52,790 bases of DNA from NCBI GenBank assembly GCA_040222015.1, contig JAVJWO010000012.1:1-52790 (forward strand), read 5' to 3'. Under the pieces are notes generated by a model. That model was not told the origin of the DNA, did not search any database, and saw nothing but the letters and a program-made list of their open reading frames with translations. A program made the translations under genes and the position numbers. Origin of the DNA: Coleofasciculus chthonoplastes F2-STO-03. Its GTDB lineage: Bacteria > Cyanobacteriota > Cyanobacteriia > Cyanobacteriales > Coleofasciculaceae. Positions 51,236 to 52,790 of this stretch are shown here, piece after piece (position 1 is the first letter of the stretch; each line of letters starts with the position of its first letter).

Positions 51236-51690
51236 TGTCTGATTTCTCCCCGACACCAGAGCGTTCCGGTTTAGAACCCGAACTCGGTGGCGTCTTCCGA
51301 GATGCACCAGAGCGTTCCGGTTTAGAACCCGAACTCGGTGGTGAGCTGCGGCAGAAAGGTGTTTATGTCGATGAAATTACCTGTATTGGTTGTAAGCATT
51401 GTGCCCATACAGCTCACAATACATTTTACATCGAGCCAGATCATGGGCGAGCGCGTGCCTTTCGCCAAGATGGTGACCCAGAAGATTTAATCCAAGAAGC
51501 AATTGATACCTGTCCAGTCAATTGCATTCACTGGGTAGACTACACCGAACTCAAGCAGCTAGAAGACGAGCGACAGTTTCAGGTCATTCCCGTGGCTGGA
51601 TTTCCGATTGAGTCGGCTGTCGTGGCGACCAAAATGCGGCGCAAGAAAGCCCTTAAACAGTATAAGTCAAAAACACGCCCAAAACAATAG
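51235..51690 (+). CDS. Bacterial-type Fe-S ferredoxin
   Basis: CIGCKHC...CPVNCIHW; duplicated RSGLEPELGG N-terminus. Confidence 0.88.
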   Translation: MSDFSPTPERSGLEPELGGVFRDAPERSGLEPELGGELRQKGVYVDEITCIGCKHCAHTAHNTFYIEPDHGRARAFRQDGDPEDLIQEAIDTCPVNCIHWVDYTELKQLEDERQFQVIPVAGFPIESAVVATKMRRKKALKQYKSKTRPKQ

Positions 51691-51896
51691 ACTTTTCGTT
51701 ACAGTCTCTGGTACAACAAACCTCGATGGTTCATTGCCGTTGAGGTTTTTTTGTCATTGGTTATTTGTTCATTGTTGATTGTTCATGGTTTATTGTTGAT
51801 TGGTCATGGTTCCACCTTTGAAAATTCTTCTGTCCCCCATCTCCCAGACGTTCCACCGGAACGTCTCTACAACCACATCTCCCCTGCACCTCTGCA

Positions 51897-52178
51897 TTAT
51901 TGAAGGGGATGATTTTCGTTGAGTAATTTTTCGATTCTCGCTTCATCTACTCTGGAGATAATCCGTTTCGATTCGTGAATATCGCGGGTGGTTTTGGAAA
52001 GACTAATGGTTGAGCCAACGGAGAAGACTAACCCCATTCCCATAAAGCCTTTTGTCCAGCTATCGACAGGTAGATATAAAATCCCGATACTCATAGCTGA
52101 GACAGAAATAATAAAAGAAGCCCAGGCTTGAAATACCCAAGCATTACTGTGAATTTGGTTGTTAAACGGTGATTCCAT
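51897..52178 (-). CDS. YiaA/YiaB family inner-membrane protein
   Basis: AWVFQAWASF...GILYLPVDSWTKGF...SKTTRD.HE. Confidence 0.85.
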   Translation of the reverse strand: MESPFNNQIHSNAWVFQAWASFIISVSAMSIGILYLPVDSWTKGFMGMGLVFSVGSTISLSKTTRDIHESKRIISRVDEARIEKLLNENHPLQ

Positions 52179-52377
52179 AGTCCCTTTGTTCATCAAACGT
52201 TAGTTAATTCAATTTACTCAAGGATAGGAATTACTTTTCTGATAACTTATGGGCAACGGGACAGTTTTTGGAGTTGCACAGGAATTGTATGACCCAAATA
52301 CTCGGAAAATCGTATCGACGATTCGTCTATTGTTGTGCCAGTTGAGAAATTGTTTAATTGTTCGCCATTTGTCCCCG

Positions 52378-52643
52378 GTAGGGGCGACCCGTCGCATTCA
52401 ATTAACACCACCCAACCTTTAATTTTATCGGGTCGCCCTCCGTCAGGTATCGGGAATAATCGGACATCGCATCCATAAAAACAATGGTAGGGGCGACCCG
52501 CCGGATTCAATTAACACCACCTAACCTTTAATGGTATCGGGTCGCCCTCCGCCCGGTATCGATGTGACACCGAATTGAGAAAAGGGCGAGTCGATATAGG
52601 TTAATTCTCACACCGAACATTAATGCAGCGACTCGCCCCTACA
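52378..52643. repeat. Cluster of GTAGGGGCGACCCG...CGGGTCGCCC and GGGCGAGTCG...CGACTCGCCC palindromes
   Basis: Copies at 52378-52438, 52487-52547 and 52583-52643; the first two share loop sequence. Confidence 0.85.
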
Positions 52644-52790
52644 ACCGTTATTATTCCGACAATCCCAATCATCCTGATAATCACGACGCTAAACCCTAAA
52701 CCTTTGGTGTTCTCGTAACCTGCCGTATCTAATTCACATCACCTAACCCTTATTTTATTGGGTCGCCCGGTATAAAATATGGAAAAAAAT

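Noticed and set aside
52247..52510. 87-aa minus-strand ORF
   Set aside because: Largely spans REP palindromes; no recognisable family.

Overview
Chromosomal window from a filamentous cyanobacterium. This is inferred from abundant HIP1 GCGATCGC octamers, STRR-type heptamer repeats and cyanobacterial gene families; the repeat content looks Coleofasciculus/Microcoleus-like. Core genes include an aldolase/SDR fusion, a sigD-like sigma factor, glk, cysC, an SLH-GHL10 hydrolase, PBP1A, tyrS, pyrF, a K+ channel, grpE-dnaK-dnaJ-tusA-rsgA, pilB-pilT-pilC, bioU, and DUF2997-ycf35-ferredoxin. An accessory stretch (about 19.0-32.5 kb) holds five notable parts: (1) a DUF6888/DUF6887-like pair with a fused extra domain, convergent with a TPR-CHAT protease; (2) a PlsY-like/PEP-utilizer fusion carrying an in-frame palindromic repeat; (3) a TerB-like + XYP-type cyclodipeptide synthase pair; (4) a frameshifted IscB/omega-RNA element; (5) a TnpB 3'-end/right-end relic upstream of tyrS. 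Also present are an unannotated 30-aa hydrophobic ORF, a probable structured sRNA between tyrS and pyrF, several gene relics and many REP-like palindromes. All family names come from motif recognition only; no database search was run.
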